Assembly (NCBI GenBank): GCA_036564015.1
Contig: DATCLG010000105.1
Coordinates: forward strand, 1-58,103
Source: Longimicrobiales bacterium
GTDB lineage: Bacteria > Gemmatimonadota > Gemmatimonadetes > Longimicrobiales > RSA9
DNA: 58,103 nucleotides
Reading direction: 5' to 3'
Shown one piece after another: positions 1 through 8,417 of the stretch. How positions within the stretch are numbered: position 1 is the stretch's first letter; the number at the start of each line of letters is the position of its first letter. The notes under the pieces were generated by a model. The model was not told the DNA's origin. It did not search any database and worked only from the letters and a program-made list of their open reading frames with translations. The translations under genes were made by a program, and so were the position numbers.

Positions 1-257
1 TCGAGGCTCATGTACGTCACGATCAGGTCCCCGTTCGCCAGCCAGTGGACGTCGTGGACGTAATCGAACGTCCCCAGCCATTTGCCCTGATCCGATCCGG
101 ATGCCGCGGCTCGCGGGGTTGCCGGGGGCACCCGGCGGAAATGCCGCGATCGGATCGGCCTCGCGCCGAGGGGCCGGCCAGCGGTGGTGAAGAAATAGAG
201 GGTGTCGTTCAGCGCGAAGATCGCGGCCAGCGTGTCGCCGCGGATGGACGCCTTCCC
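1..257 (-). pseudogene. In-frame 3' continuation of the beta-propeller lipoprotein gene beyond a TAG stop; runs off the window start
   Basis: Reverse translation of 257..1 in the same frame as 258..923 is stop-free. It has strong G/C third-position bias (GKASIRGDTLAAIFALNDTLYFFTT...WLGTFDYVHDVHWLANGDLIVTYMSLE) and no start codon near its 5' end. Confidence 0.45.
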
Positions 258-923
258 CTAGCTGGCGAGATGCGGCGCCGTCTCGTTCCGCGTCTGGCTG
301 AACGGCGTGTGCCCGAAGCTCCGCACGACGGCGTTGGTCCGGTAGTTCCACACGTGGAGCAGGGGTGCGTTGAAGTCGCCGTTCACGATCGCCCCCACCA
401 GGAGGAGGGAGTCATTCAGGACCTCCAGCTCCTCCACGCGCCGGAACGGTACGTCGATCGTCTTCAGGACTCGCGTCGCCGTAGAATCGAAGAGAGTGAA
501 CCGGTGACTGAACTCCGCGGCGAGGATCTCGCCGGACCGGAGGCGGACGATGGCGTTCGGGTGATGGAACTCCCCGGGGCCGTTCCCCCTCCGCCCTGCT
601 TTCCAGATCAGCTCTCCGGTGGGTGAGTAGCGTCGCAATTGCGCTTCCCGGGCATCGGCGACGAGCACGCCGCCCCGGGGGTCAAGAGGCACCATCGGCG
701 CGACGTTGATCACTTCTTCGTTTTCCTCGAGCCGGACCTCGCGGCCCCATTCGACGACGTCCTCGAGGCGTGCCGTTTCGGGGAGCGTGTCGGGCCGATC
801 GGTGAGGCCACACCCTGCCGCTGAGGCGAAGATCATCAATAGAGCGGAAGCGAAGCCTGAACGCGGGCCCGGCCGTGGGACGCGGGCTTCCGCCGATCGT
901 GGCTGGAGTGTCCCGATACCCAT
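258..923 (-). CDS. Beta-propeller (NHL / six-bladed-like) lipoprotein, ending at an in-frame TAG
   Basis: Signal peptide with lipobox (ALLMIFASAAGC) after the ATG at 923. Repeated blade-like segments follow (PRGGVLVADAREAQLRRYSPTGELIW, HHPNAIVRLRSGEILAAE). Alternative starts are 986 (ATG) and 1025 (TTG, inside the predicted promoter). Confidence 0.6.
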   Translation of the reverse strand: MGIGTLQPRSAEARVPRPGPRSGFASALLMIFASAAGCGLTDRPDTLPETARLEDVVEWGREVRLEENEEVINVAPMVPLDPRGGVLVADAREAQLRRYSPTGELIWKAGRRGNGPGEFHHPNAIVRLRSGEILAAEFSHRFTLFDSTATRVLKTIDVPFRRVEELEVLNDSLLLVGAIVNGDFNAPLLHVWNYRTNAVVRSFGHTPFSQTRNETAPHLAS

Positions 924-1010
924 CGCTTGCTGCCCCGCTCTCGGCGGATCCGGTTTCTCGGTGGGCCGACCAGGCCCCGGATCCATACGATGGCAACCAA
1001 CTAATTCGAT

Positions 1011-1039
1011 AGTATATCCAACCAAAGGATAAGCCGCAA
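1011..1039 (-). promoter_or_regulatory. Sigma-70-like promoter TTGCGG-17-TATACT for the lipoprotein gene
   Basis: Minus strand reads TTGCGG (1039..1034), a 17-nt spacer, then TATACT (1016..1011). It lies in a local AT-rich patch just upstream of the ATGs at 986 and 923. Confidence 0.4.
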
Positions 1040-1625
1040 TCAGCGGAGGGTCAACAGACTCGACTTCTGCTCTGGAGGGCGAACCGACCCATGGTCCGGC
1101 TGGCGCCGGTGGCGTCGAGGAGACCTCTGGGGCACAGGCGGAACAGTCGGGCTGGATCGAGGGCTGGAGAACCGGGGACTGGAAAACGCCCGCGATCGGC
1201 GTCGCGCGTCGGACTCGATGGGCCGGGGCAGCGTTTGCCCGGTCGGGGTGGGGACTACCAGCGAGGCCATCCCTCGGCTGTCCAGGCCGCCGAGTCGGAG
1301 CCCGAGGAAGGCGTCGGGAGCACGCTGGCGAGCGGGCTGCTTCTCCGCCTGGATTCGACTGAGCTCACAGCACGGGCAGCCCGGGCCGGGCTCGGGCGGC
1401 GCGCATGGTGACGGAAGTTTCGATGGGATCTTCGATCCTCCATCCTGAATGTGCGATAGATCGTTTCTCCTAAAGCCACATGTCAGGCGTCGGCGACGGG
1501 GGCGAGGCCGTGCGGCTGGCTCTGTCGGGGAGCTGGCGCGAGGGAGTCCAGCGGGGGAAGCTGGTACCGCGCCGGTCCAGAGAGCCGCCTTGCTTCGGCG
1601 AGGAGAGCGCTCCACGGCCAGGCCG

Positions 1626-2513
1626 TCACGCGCGCGGGTGGAACCGCCGGTGCACCTCGCGCACGTACTCCCGGTCGATGTGCGTGTAGATCTGCGTCGT
1701 GGTGATGTCGGCGTGGCCGAGCATCTCCTGGACCGCCGCGAGGTCCGCCCCGCCCTCCAGCAGATGCGTCGCGAAGGAGTGCCGGAGCGTGTGCGGGGTC
1801 ACCCTCTTCTTGATCCCCGCCCGCTCCACGTGCTTGCGCAGGATCTTCCAGACCCCCATACGGGAGAGCGGCCCGCCCCGGCCGTTCAGAAACACGATCC
1901 CGCTTCCCTTGCCCCGCTCGAGCACCGGGCGGAGCTCCCGGAGATAGACCGTGAGTGCCCGGATCGCGCTCCGCCCGATCGGGACCACCCGCTCCTTCGA
2001 CCCTTTCCCGAAGACCGTGGCCAGCCCCTCTTCGAGGGACAGGTCGCGGATCCGGAGCGAGATCAGCTCACTGACCCGGACCCCGGTGGCGTAGGCGAAC
2101 TCGAGGAGCGCCTTGTCGCGCCAGTAGAAGCGGTCCGTCACATCCGGCGCCTCCAGGAGCCGCTCCACCTCGTTCCGCGTCAGCACGCCCGGCAGGCGGC
2201 GCCACGCTCGCGGTAGCTCCAGCCGGTCGCTCGGATCCGCCACCGCGAGCCCTTCGCCCACCAGGAACGCGAAGTACGTGCGCACCGCGGAAAGATTGCG
2301 CCGGATCGAGCTGGGCTGGAGCCCCTCGTCCTTCAGATGGTAGACGAACTCGCGGAGGTCCAGCGCCGTCGCCTCGGCGGGCCGATGGATGCCCCGTGCC
2401 TCGAGGAAGCGAATCAGGCGTTCGATGTCCCGCCCGTACGCCTCCAGCGTGCGGGGCGAAAGCCCGCGCTCGACGGCCAGGTGATCACGGAATTGCTCGA
2501 GGTGGAACGCCAC
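1626..2513 (-). CDS. xerD: Tyrosine recombinase XerD/XerC family
   Basis: 295 aa. Catalytic residues are visible: ATGVRVSEL (Arg), HTLRHSFATHLL (His-x-x-Arg), GHADITTTQIYTH (His, Tyr). An N-terminal core-binding domain is present. Confidence 0.9.
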   Translation of the reverse strand: MAFHLEQFRDHLAVERGLSPRTLEAYGRDIERLIRFLEARGIHRPAEATALDLREFVYHLKDEGLQPSSIRRNLSAVRTYFAFLVGEGLAVADPSDRLELPRAWRRLPGVLTRNEVERLLEAPDVTDRFYWRDKALLEFAYATGVRVSELISLRIRDLSLEEGLATVFGKGSKERVVPIGRSAIRALTVYLRELRPVLERGKGSGIVFLNGRGGPLSRMGVWKILRKHVERAGIKKRVTPHTLRHSFATHLLEGGADLAAVQEMLGHADITTTQIYTHIDREYVREVHRRFHPRA

Positions 2514-2516
2514 GAC

Positions 2517-3182
2517 CTAATGCTCTTCCCGTCGGTGCGCACGCGTCAACCACCACCAGATCAGGACGAGGACGAGCAGCACGAGCGCGATCCAGAGGAG
2601 GACGTCCCCCACTCGATCCACCAACGCCAGGATCCACTCCAGCTCCCGCCCGGCGGCGTACCCCAGGTACACGAGCGCCCCGTACCAGATTCCCGACGCG
2701 AGGATCACCGGCGGAGCGACCCGTAGGAAGGACAGGTGACTCGTCCCCGCGAAAACGGGAACCAGAGCACGGAACGCCGGCAGGAAGCGGCTCAGCGCGA
2801 TCGCCGGCACCCCCCAGCGGTCGTAGAAGCGGTGGACCTGCTCCATCTGCTTCGGATGCAGCAACCAGCGTCCGAACGGAGTCTGGAAGAACCGCCGTCC
2901 GTACTTGCGCGCGAGGAAATAGACCAGCAGCGCGCTCCCGACGTTGGGCACCCAGGTGAAGAGAAAAACGACCCACGGGTTCGCCCGCCCGATGGCGGCG
3001 AGGAACGCCCCCAGGACGACGAACGTGTCGGCCGGGACTGGCGGGATGATGTTTTCGACCGCCGCACCGACGCCGATGAGGAGGTAGATCAGGATCGGCG
3101 GCAGGTCGGCCAGGGTGTAGAGAAGATCCTCGATCGGTCCTCCCGGGCGGGGATCACAGCTACAGATCGGCCACGAGGGCAA
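2517..3182 (-). CDS. dedA: DedA/VTT-family inner membrane protein
   Basis: DedA signature AVENIIPPVPADTFVVLGAF ... SRFLPAFRALVP with multiple TM helices. The track ORF extending to 3311 would overlap ispF by 150 nt. The in-frame TTG at 3182 is my best guess for the start, and it is uncertain. Confidence 0.8.
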   Translation of the reverse strand: MPSWPICSCDPRPGGPIEDLLYTLADLPPILIYLLIGVGAAVENIIPPVPADTFVVLGAFLAAIGRANPWVVFLFTWVPNVGSALLVYFLARKYGRRFFQTPFGRWLLHPKQMEQVHRFYDRWGVPAIALSRFLPAFRALVPVFAGTSHLSFLRVAPPVILASGIWYGALVYLGYAAGRELEWILALVDRVGDVLLWIALVLLVLVLIWWWLTRAHRREEH

Positions 3183-3633
3183 CCGCCAGGGCGGCGATGC
3201 CTTCCCCCCGGCCGATCCAGCCCATCCCCTCGTTGGATTTTGCTTTGACCGACACCTGCGCGCTTCCGATCCCCAGGGCAGCGGCCAGGCGCTCTCGCAT
3301 GGCCGGCACATGGGGCGCCAGCTTCGGCGCCTCGCAGATCACGGTCACGTCCACGTTCACGACCCTGTGCCCGTGCTCCTCGAGCAGCCTCACGGCTTGC
3401 TCGAGCAGCACGAGCGAATCTGCATCCCTCCACTCCGGATCGGAGGGCGGGAAGTGCGTCCCGATGTCGCCGAGCGCCGCGGCGCCGAGGATCGCATCGG
3501 TCACCGCGTGGGCCACCGCATCCGCATCCGAATGCCCGACTAGCCCGCGCTCGAAGGGGATCTCGACCCCACCCAGGATCAGCCGCCGCCCCGGTGCGAA
3601 GCGGTGAGAGTCGTACCCGATCCCGATCCTCAT
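3160..3633 (-). CDS. ispF: 2-C-methyl-D-erythritol 2,4-cyclodiphosphate synthase
   Basis: 157 aa with IspF motifs: MRIGIGYDSHRF, GHSDADAVAHA, KAKSNEGMGWIGRGEGIA. Confidence 0.95.
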   Translation of the reverse strand: MRIGIGYDSHRFAPGRRLILGGVEIPFERGLVGHSDADAVAHAVTDAILGAAALGDIGTHFPPSDPEWRDADSLVLLEQAVRLLEEHGHRVVNVDVTVICEAPKLAPHVPAMRERLAAALGIGSAQVSVKAKSNEGMGWIGRGEGIAALAVALVADL

Positions 3634-3729
3634 GGCTCCGCTCCTGCGAAGCTGCCCCCGCGCGCCATTCCGTTCGCCGTCCCCGCGGCCTCGATCACCC
3701 CACCGCCCGGCGACGCGGGCGCGGCCCCC

Positions 3730-4134
3730 TCACGTCTCCCGGCCTCGCAGGATGCGCAGAGCCAGGTGCGCGGCGTTGCGAGCGTTGTCGATCCCGACGC
3801 ACGCCACCGGCACCCCCGGCGGCATCTGCGCGATCGACAGCAGCGCATCCAGCCCGCCCAGCGTGCCCGCCGACAGGGGCACGCCGATCACCGGCAGCCG
3901 GGTGTGCGCCGCCACCACGCCAGGCAACGCCGCCGACAACCCGGCCCCGCAGATGATCACGTCGAAACCCCGCGCCTCGGCGTTCCGCGCCAGCTCGACC
4001 GTGCGCTCAGGGTCACGATGCGCGCTCGACACCTCCACCTCCACCTCCACCCCAGCTTCATGCAGAATCGGGAGCGCCTTCTCCATCCGCTCCCGATCGG
4101 ATTCCGAGCCCATGAGGATCAGAACCTTGCCCAT
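3730..4134 (-). CDS. PurE-like (AIR carboxylase / N5-CAIR mutase fold) protein, short and divergent
   Basis: 134 aa from the ATG at 4134 ([13 protein letters not shown] ... [11 protein letters not shown] ... [10 protein letters not shown] ... [14 protein letters not shown]). Its start shares one nucleotide with the mqnC stop (TGATG). The N-terminal part of track ORF 3730..4542 is antisense-type filler. Confidence 0.75.
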   Translation of the reverse strand: MGKVLILMGSESDRERMEKALPILHEAGVEVEVEVSSAHRDPERTVELARNAEARGFDVIICGAGLSAALPGVVAAHTRLPVIGVPLSAGTLGGLDALLSIAQMPPGVPVACVGIDNARNAAHLALRILRGRET

Positions 4135-5468
4135 CAATCGCCTCGCCCCTCCTGAACCTTCGCAGCCGCCGGAGCTTCCCGCCACCGGCAGCACGGGCAG
4201 CCCTCCTCGCCCTCTACGACCGGAGTGTAATCCTGATAACGGCGCTGCGGCTTGAAGCCGGCGTCTTCGATCAAACGCCGGATCTCCGCCTCCGGCATGA
4301 TGAAGTCCGTCCCCGCCGCACTCACCACGTTCTCCTCGATCATGACCGACCCGAAATCGTCCGCGCCCATCCGGAGCGCGATCTGCGCCATCTTCGGGCC
4401 CTGGGTCACGTACGAGACCTGCAGATGGTCGAAGTTGTCCAGCACCAGCCGGGACAGCGCCGTCGTCCGGAGGTAGTCCATCCCCGTGCCGAGCGGAATG
4501 TCCCAGTCCTCCATCTCCGTGTGCAGGGGCTGGAACGACCACGCGATGAACGCGGTGTACCGGCCCTTCCCCCGCGCGAGGCTGCGCGCCTGCGACGCCC
4601 GCAGCTTAAGCAGGTGCTCCAGCCGGTCGGCCCACGTCTCCCCTACCCCGTACATCATCGTCGCCGTCGTCAGCAACCCCACCTCGTGCGCCGCCTCGTG
4701 GATCTCCAGCCACCGGGATGCATCGATCTTCTTCGGCGCGATCACGTCCCGCACGGCGTCGACCAGGATCTCCGCCCCCGCCCCCGGCATCGAGTCCAGG
4801 CCCGCCTCATGGAGCTGTCGCAACACCTCGTCGAGCGGGAGCTTCGTGATCCGCACCAGGAGCTCGATCTCCGAGGCGCTGAAGCCATGCACGTGGATCG
4901 GGTGGTGCTCCTTGATGTACCTCAGCAGGCCCAGGTACCAGTCCAGCGGCAGGTAGGGATTGTGGCCGCCCTGGATGAGGATCTGGACCGCGCCGAGCGC
5001 CTTCGCCTCGTCGATCTTCCGCCCGATCTCCTCGTAGCTGAGGACGTACGCCTCCGCGTCCTTCGGCCGCCGGTAGAACGCGCAGAAGCGGCAATCGGTC
5101 ACGCAGACGTTCGTGTAGTTGATGTTCCGGTCGACGATGTAGCTCACGACATCGCCCGGATTCTTCTGCCGCCGGACCGCGTCCGCCCGCGCACCCAGCT
5201 CGAGGAGCGGCGTCGTCTCCAGGACCTCCAGCCACTCCCGGATCTCCGCCGCGAACGGACGCGACTCCAGCGGAGGCGGCACGTACGTCTGCTTCGGCCC
5301 GGACTTCCGGGCGCCTGCCGAGCCTTCCGGCGTGGGAGGCCGGAGCCGCGGCGCCACCGTGCTCAGGATCGGGAGTTCTCTTCCCCGCCCGGCCGGCCGG
5401 GCGCGGGTCCCCAGCCCGGTCGCCGCACCCTGCGCCTCGAGCGGCTTGCTCTCACCCTTGATCACCAT
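4134..5468 (-). CDS. mqnC: Radical SAM enzyme of the futalosine menaquinone pathway, MqnC-like
   Basis: [21 protein letters not shown] (CX3CX2C) and the MqnC/CofH-like core ([17 protein letters not shown]). The start overlaps the mqnE stop by 7 nt. There is a roughly 62-aa low-complexity N-terminal extension, and GTG 5282 is an alternative start. The MqnC versus MqnE assignment is tentative. Confidence 0.7.
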   Translation of the reverse strand: MVIKGESKPLEAQGAATGLGTRARPAGRGRELPILSTVAPRLRPPTPEGSAGARKSGPKQTYVPPPLESRPFAAEIREWLEVLETTPLLELGARADAVRRQKNPGDVVSYIVDRNINYTNVCVTDCRFCAFYRRPKDAEAYVLSYEEIGRKIDEAKALGAVQILIQGGHNPYLPLDWYLGLLRYIKEHHPIHVHGFSASEIELLVRITKLPLDEVLRQLHEAGLDSMPGAGAEILVDAVRDVIAPKKIDASRWLEIHEAAHEVGLLTTATMMYGVGETWADRLEHLLKLRASQARSLARGKGRYTAFIAWSFQPLHTEMEDWDIPLGTGMDYLRTTALSRLVLDNFDHLQVSYVTQGPKMAQIALRMGADDFGSVMIEENVVSAAGTDFIMPEAEIRRLIEDAGFKPQRRYQDYTPVVEGEEGCPCCRWREAPAAAKVQEGRGD

Positions 5469-6634
5469 TCCCGGATCTCGCGGTAGTGTGCGTCCCGCTC
5501 CACGGGTCGCTTCCCGGCATCCTTGATCAGCCGCACGATCTCCGCGAAGCTCAACCCCTGCGGCGTCCGCGCACCGGCCTCGTGGTACACCTTCTCCCGC
5601 ACCACCGTCCCCTCCAGGTCATCCACCCCGAAATGGAGGGCCACCTGGCTCACCTTGGGCGTGTTCATGATCCAGTGCGTCTTGATGTGGTCGAAGTTGT
5701 CCAGGTACAGACGCCCGATCGCCAGGTTCTTCAGGTCATCGAAGCCGGTCGTCGCCGTCCCCGTCCGCCCCAGCCGCCTCCCAAGCTCGTTGTTGTCCGG
5801 ATGATACGCCAGCGGGATGTAGGTCAGGAACCCGCCCGTCTCATCCTGCAGGTCGCGGAGCATGGTCAGGTGCTCGATCCGGTCGGCGTACGTCTCCACA
5901 TGGCCGTACAGCATCGTGCAGTTGCTCCGGATCCCGAGCCGATGCGCCGTCCGGTGCACCTGCAGCCACTCTTCGGCCGCGAGCTTCCGCTCCGCGATCG
6001 TCGCCCGGACCCCGCGCGAGAAGACCTCCGCACCACCTCCAGGCAGCGTGTCCAGCCCCGCCGCCTTCAACCGCAGGAGCACCTCCTCCACGCTCAGCTT
6101 CTCGATCCGCGCCAGGTGCGCGATCTCCACCGCCGTCAGCGCCTTGATCTCGACCCCCGGATGGCGCTCCTTGAGCCCGCGGATCATCTCCTCGTAGTAG
6201 CTCAGGCGCAGCTTGGGGTGCAGCCCGCCCACGATGTGGAACTCCCGGATCGGCGTGTCCCGAACCAGGTCCGCCTCCGCGAACACCTCCTCGAGCGACA
6301 TCGTGTAGGCGCCCTCCTCCTTCGGCCGCCGCGCGAAGGAGCAGAAGACGCACGTCGCCCGCAGAATGCAGACGTTCGTCGGGTTGATGTGCTGGTTCGC
6401 GACGAAGAAGACCCGATCGCCGTTCTTTTTGCGGTTCACCCAGTCGGCGAGCGCTCCGATGGCGAGGAGGTCCTTCGACTCGAAGAGCGCGATCCCGTCC
6501 TCGGGATCGAGTCGCCGCCCCTCGAGCACCTTCTCCGCGATCGGGACCAGTCGTGGGTCCGTCGGCCAGACCCGCAGATCTTCCGCAAGCGCCGTTTGCA
6601 TGGCAGGCCCGCCTGATTGTCGTCCGTTTGTCAC
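5462..6634 (-). CDS. mqnE: Radical SAM enzyme of the futalosine menaquinone pathway, MqnE-like
   Basis: ANQHINPTNVCILRATCVFCSFAR, IVGGLHP, MLYGHVET, YIPLAYHP. It is homologous to the neighbouring mqnC-like gene. GTG start at 6634; ATG 6601 is an alternative. Confidence 0.7.
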   Translation of the reverse strand: MTNGRQSGGPAMQTALAEDLRVWPTDPRLVPIAEKVLEGRRLDPEDGIALFESKDLLAIGALADWVNRKKNGDRVFFVANQHINPTNVCILRATCVFCSFARRPKEEGAYTMSLEEVFAEADLVRDTPIREFHIVGGLHPKLRLSYYEEMIRGLKERHPGVEIKALTAVEIAHLARIEKLSVEEVLLRLKAAGLDTLPGGGAEVFSRGVRATIAERKLAAEEWLQVHRTAHRLGIRSNCTMLYGHVETYADRIEHLTMLRDLQDETGGFLTYIPLAYHPDNNELGRRLGRTGTATTGFDDLKNLAIGRLYLDNFDHIKTHWIMNTPKVSQVALHFGVDDLEGTVVREKVYHEAGARTPQGLSFAEIVRLIKDAGKRPVERDAHYREIREW

Positions 6635-6770
6635 GACTGCGCGGCGGAAGAATACAAATCCTTTCCGGACGAAGCAAGCGAGACCGCAGGATGACCTCCT
6701 GCGCCCGACCCAGCGACGCCCGCCCGAGTACGTCCCGACCCTCAGGATCCAGGAGGAATGTCCCCGGCAG

Positions 6771-6814
6771 AAAAACGACGACGCGGAACGGTGGCAGCAC
6801 CGTTCCGCGTCGTC
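6771..6814 (-). terminator. Rho-independent terminator after fabF
   Basis: Perfect 17-bp stem (6777-6793 / 6798-6814, GACGACGCGGAACGGTG ... CACCGTTCCGCGTCGTC) with a 4-nt loop. On the minus strand it is followed by TTTTT (6775..6771), 19 nt after the fabF stop. Confidence 0.85.
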
Positions 6815-6832
6815 CAGCTCCGCCTCACGGCC

Positions 6833-8107
6833 TCACTCGCCGTGCCACCGGCGCACGGCCAGGCAGACGTTGTGTCCGCCGAAACCGAACGAGTTGGACA
6901 GCGCCACGTCGACCGCTCGCTCAATGCGCCTATTGTGCGCGTAGTTGAGGTCGCAGTCCGGGTCCGGCGTGCTGAAGTTGATCGTCGGCGGGATCTTCCC
7001 CTCCCGGCAGACGAGAATCGAGATCGCCGCCTCGACCGCGCCGGCCGCGCCAAGGAGATGGCCCGTCATCGACTTGGTCGAGCTCATGACCAGCTCGTAG
7101 GCGTGCTCGCCGAAGACAGCCTTGACCGCCAGCGTCTCGTTCACGTCGTTCGCCGGGGTCGACGTGCCATGCGCGTTGATGTAGTCGACGTCGGTCGGCT
7201 GGAGCCCCGCGTCCTCGAGCGCCGCGCGCATGGCCAGCTGTGCACCGGCGCCCTCCGGCGCCGGCGCCGTCATATGGTACGCATCCGCGCTCTGGCCGAA
7301 GCCGATGATCTCACCCAGGATCGTCGCGCCCCGGGCCAGCGCGTGCTCCAGTGACTCCAGGACCATCGCCCCCGCCCCTTCCCCCAGCACGAAGCCGTCT
7401 CGCGTCGCGTCGAACGGCCGACTGGCCGTCTCCGGTGAGTCGTTGCGGGTCGAGAGCGCCTTCATGTTCGCGAAACCCGCGATCGTCAACGGAGTCACCG
7501 TCGCTTCGGTGCCCCCCGCGATCATCGCGTCCGCTTCTCCGCGCTGGATGATGCGGAACGCCTCGCCGATCGCGTGGGCGCTCGACGCGCAGGCCGACAC
7601 CGTCGCGAAGTTCGGCCCCCGCAGACCGTAGCGCATCGAAACCAGCCCGGCGGCGATGTCCGGGATGAACATCGGTACGAAGAACGGGCTGATCCGCTTC
7701 GGGCCGCGCTCGATCATGATGCGCGCCTGTTCCTCGAACGTCGCGATCCCCCCGATCCCGCTCCCGATCAGGACTCCGATCCGGTCACGGTTCAGGCCCC
7801 GTTCGAGATCCTCCAAGAGTCCGGCCTGCTGCACGGCCTGGTGCGCGACCGCAATGGCGAATTGCGCGAACCGGTCGGTCCGCCGGACCTCCTTCCGGTC
7901 CATGTACTGCTCGGGGTCGAACCCCTTCACCTCGGCCGCGAAACGGACGTCGAACTCGTCCGTCACCTCGAAGTGCGTGATGGGGCCCGCGCCACTCACC
8001 CCCTCGAGCAGGTTCCGCCATGTGGTCTCGACATCCAGACCGAGAGGCGTCACCAGCCCCAACCCGGTGACCACCACGCGACGGCCTCCCCGGGTGCGCC
8101 GTTCCAT
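6833..8107 (-). CDS. fabF: 3-oxoacyl-ACP synthase II
   Basis: KAS II motifs: VSACASSAHAIG (Cys), NAHGTSTP, TGHLLGAAG. The ATG at 8107 is preceded by GGAGGAG. The GTG at 8125 is the alternative. Confidence 0.95.
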   Translation of the reverse strand: MERRTRGGRRVVVTGLGLVTPLGLDVETTWRNLLEGVSGAGPITHFEVTDEFDVRFAAEVKGFDPEQYMDRKEVRRTDRFAQFAIAVAHQAVQQAGLLEDLERGLNRDRIGVLIGSGIGGIATFEEQARIMIERGPKRISPFFVPMFIPDIAAGLVSMRYGLRGPNFATVSACASSAHAIGEAFRIIQRGEADAMIAGGTEATVTPLTIAGFANMKALSTRNDSPETASRPFDATRDGFVLGEGAGAMVLESLEHALARGATILGEIIGFGQSADAYHMTAPAPEGAGAQLAMRAALEDAGLQPTDVDYINAHGTSTPANDVNETLAVKAVFGEHAYELVMSSTKSMTGHLLGAAGAVEAAISILVCREGKIPPTINFSTPDPDCDLNYAHNRRIERAVDVALSNSFGFGGHNVCLAVRRWHGE

Positions 8108-8151
8108 CGGCTCCTCCACGACCACTTGACAGAGCGACCGCGTCCTTGACG

Positions 8152-8397
8152 TCAGCCGCCCGCCTGCTGCTTCTTCAGGTAGCGGATCGCGTCACCCACC
8201 GTCTGGAGCTGCTCCGCGTCCTCATCCGGGATCTCGATCCCGAACTCCTCCTCGAACGCCATCACCAGCTCCACAGTGTCCAGCGAATCGGCGCCGAGGT
8301 CCTCGACGAACGAGGCCTCCTCCGTCACCTTCTCCGGCTCGACGCCAAGCTCGTTGACGATGATCTCCTTGACGCGCTCCTCGATGTTCTCCGCCAT
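8152..8397 (-). CDS. acpP: Acyl carrier protein
   Basis: 81 aa from the ATG at 8397, with the [21 protein letters not shown] phosphopantetheine site. The longer track ORF is an artefact. Confidence 0.95.
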   Translation of the reverse strand: MAENIEERVKEIIVNELGVEPEKVTEEASFVEDLGADSLDTVELVMAFEEEFGIEIPDEDAEQLQTVGDAIRYLKKQQAGG

Positions 8398-8417
8398 GTT
8401 CCCCCCACGGTTGAGGA

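Noticed and set aside
1334-1352. SRP-RNA helix-8-like string on the minus strand (CCAGGCGGAGAAGCAGCC versus CAGGUCCGGAAGGAAGCAGCC).
   Set aside because: The GNRA tetraloop with closing base pairs cannot be formed from this sequence, and the flanks do not fold back into the required long helix.
1626-2513. The tyrosine recombinase as a possible integrase marking a genomic island or mobile element.
   Set aside because: The sequence has the XerD/XerC architecture and length. There is no adjacent tRNA, no att-like direct repeats and no cargo of phage or plasmid genes, and the flanks are core genes (dedA, ispF). I also looked for a dif-like 28-mer in the adjacent AT-rich island and found none.
3730-4542. 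Long N-terminal extensions in many track ORFs (for example 3730-4542, 8152-8625, 8418-9644, 15246-16448, 20225-21844, 23455-25209, 27903-28526, 41115-42965, 42851-43465, 43682-44683, 55648-56718).
   Set aside because: The extensions are Arg/Gly/Pro-rich and overlap the 3' end of the upstream gene by tens to hundreds of nt. An internal ATG or GTG gives the canonical family N-terminus, usually with a Shine-Dalgarno sequence or a stop/start overlap.
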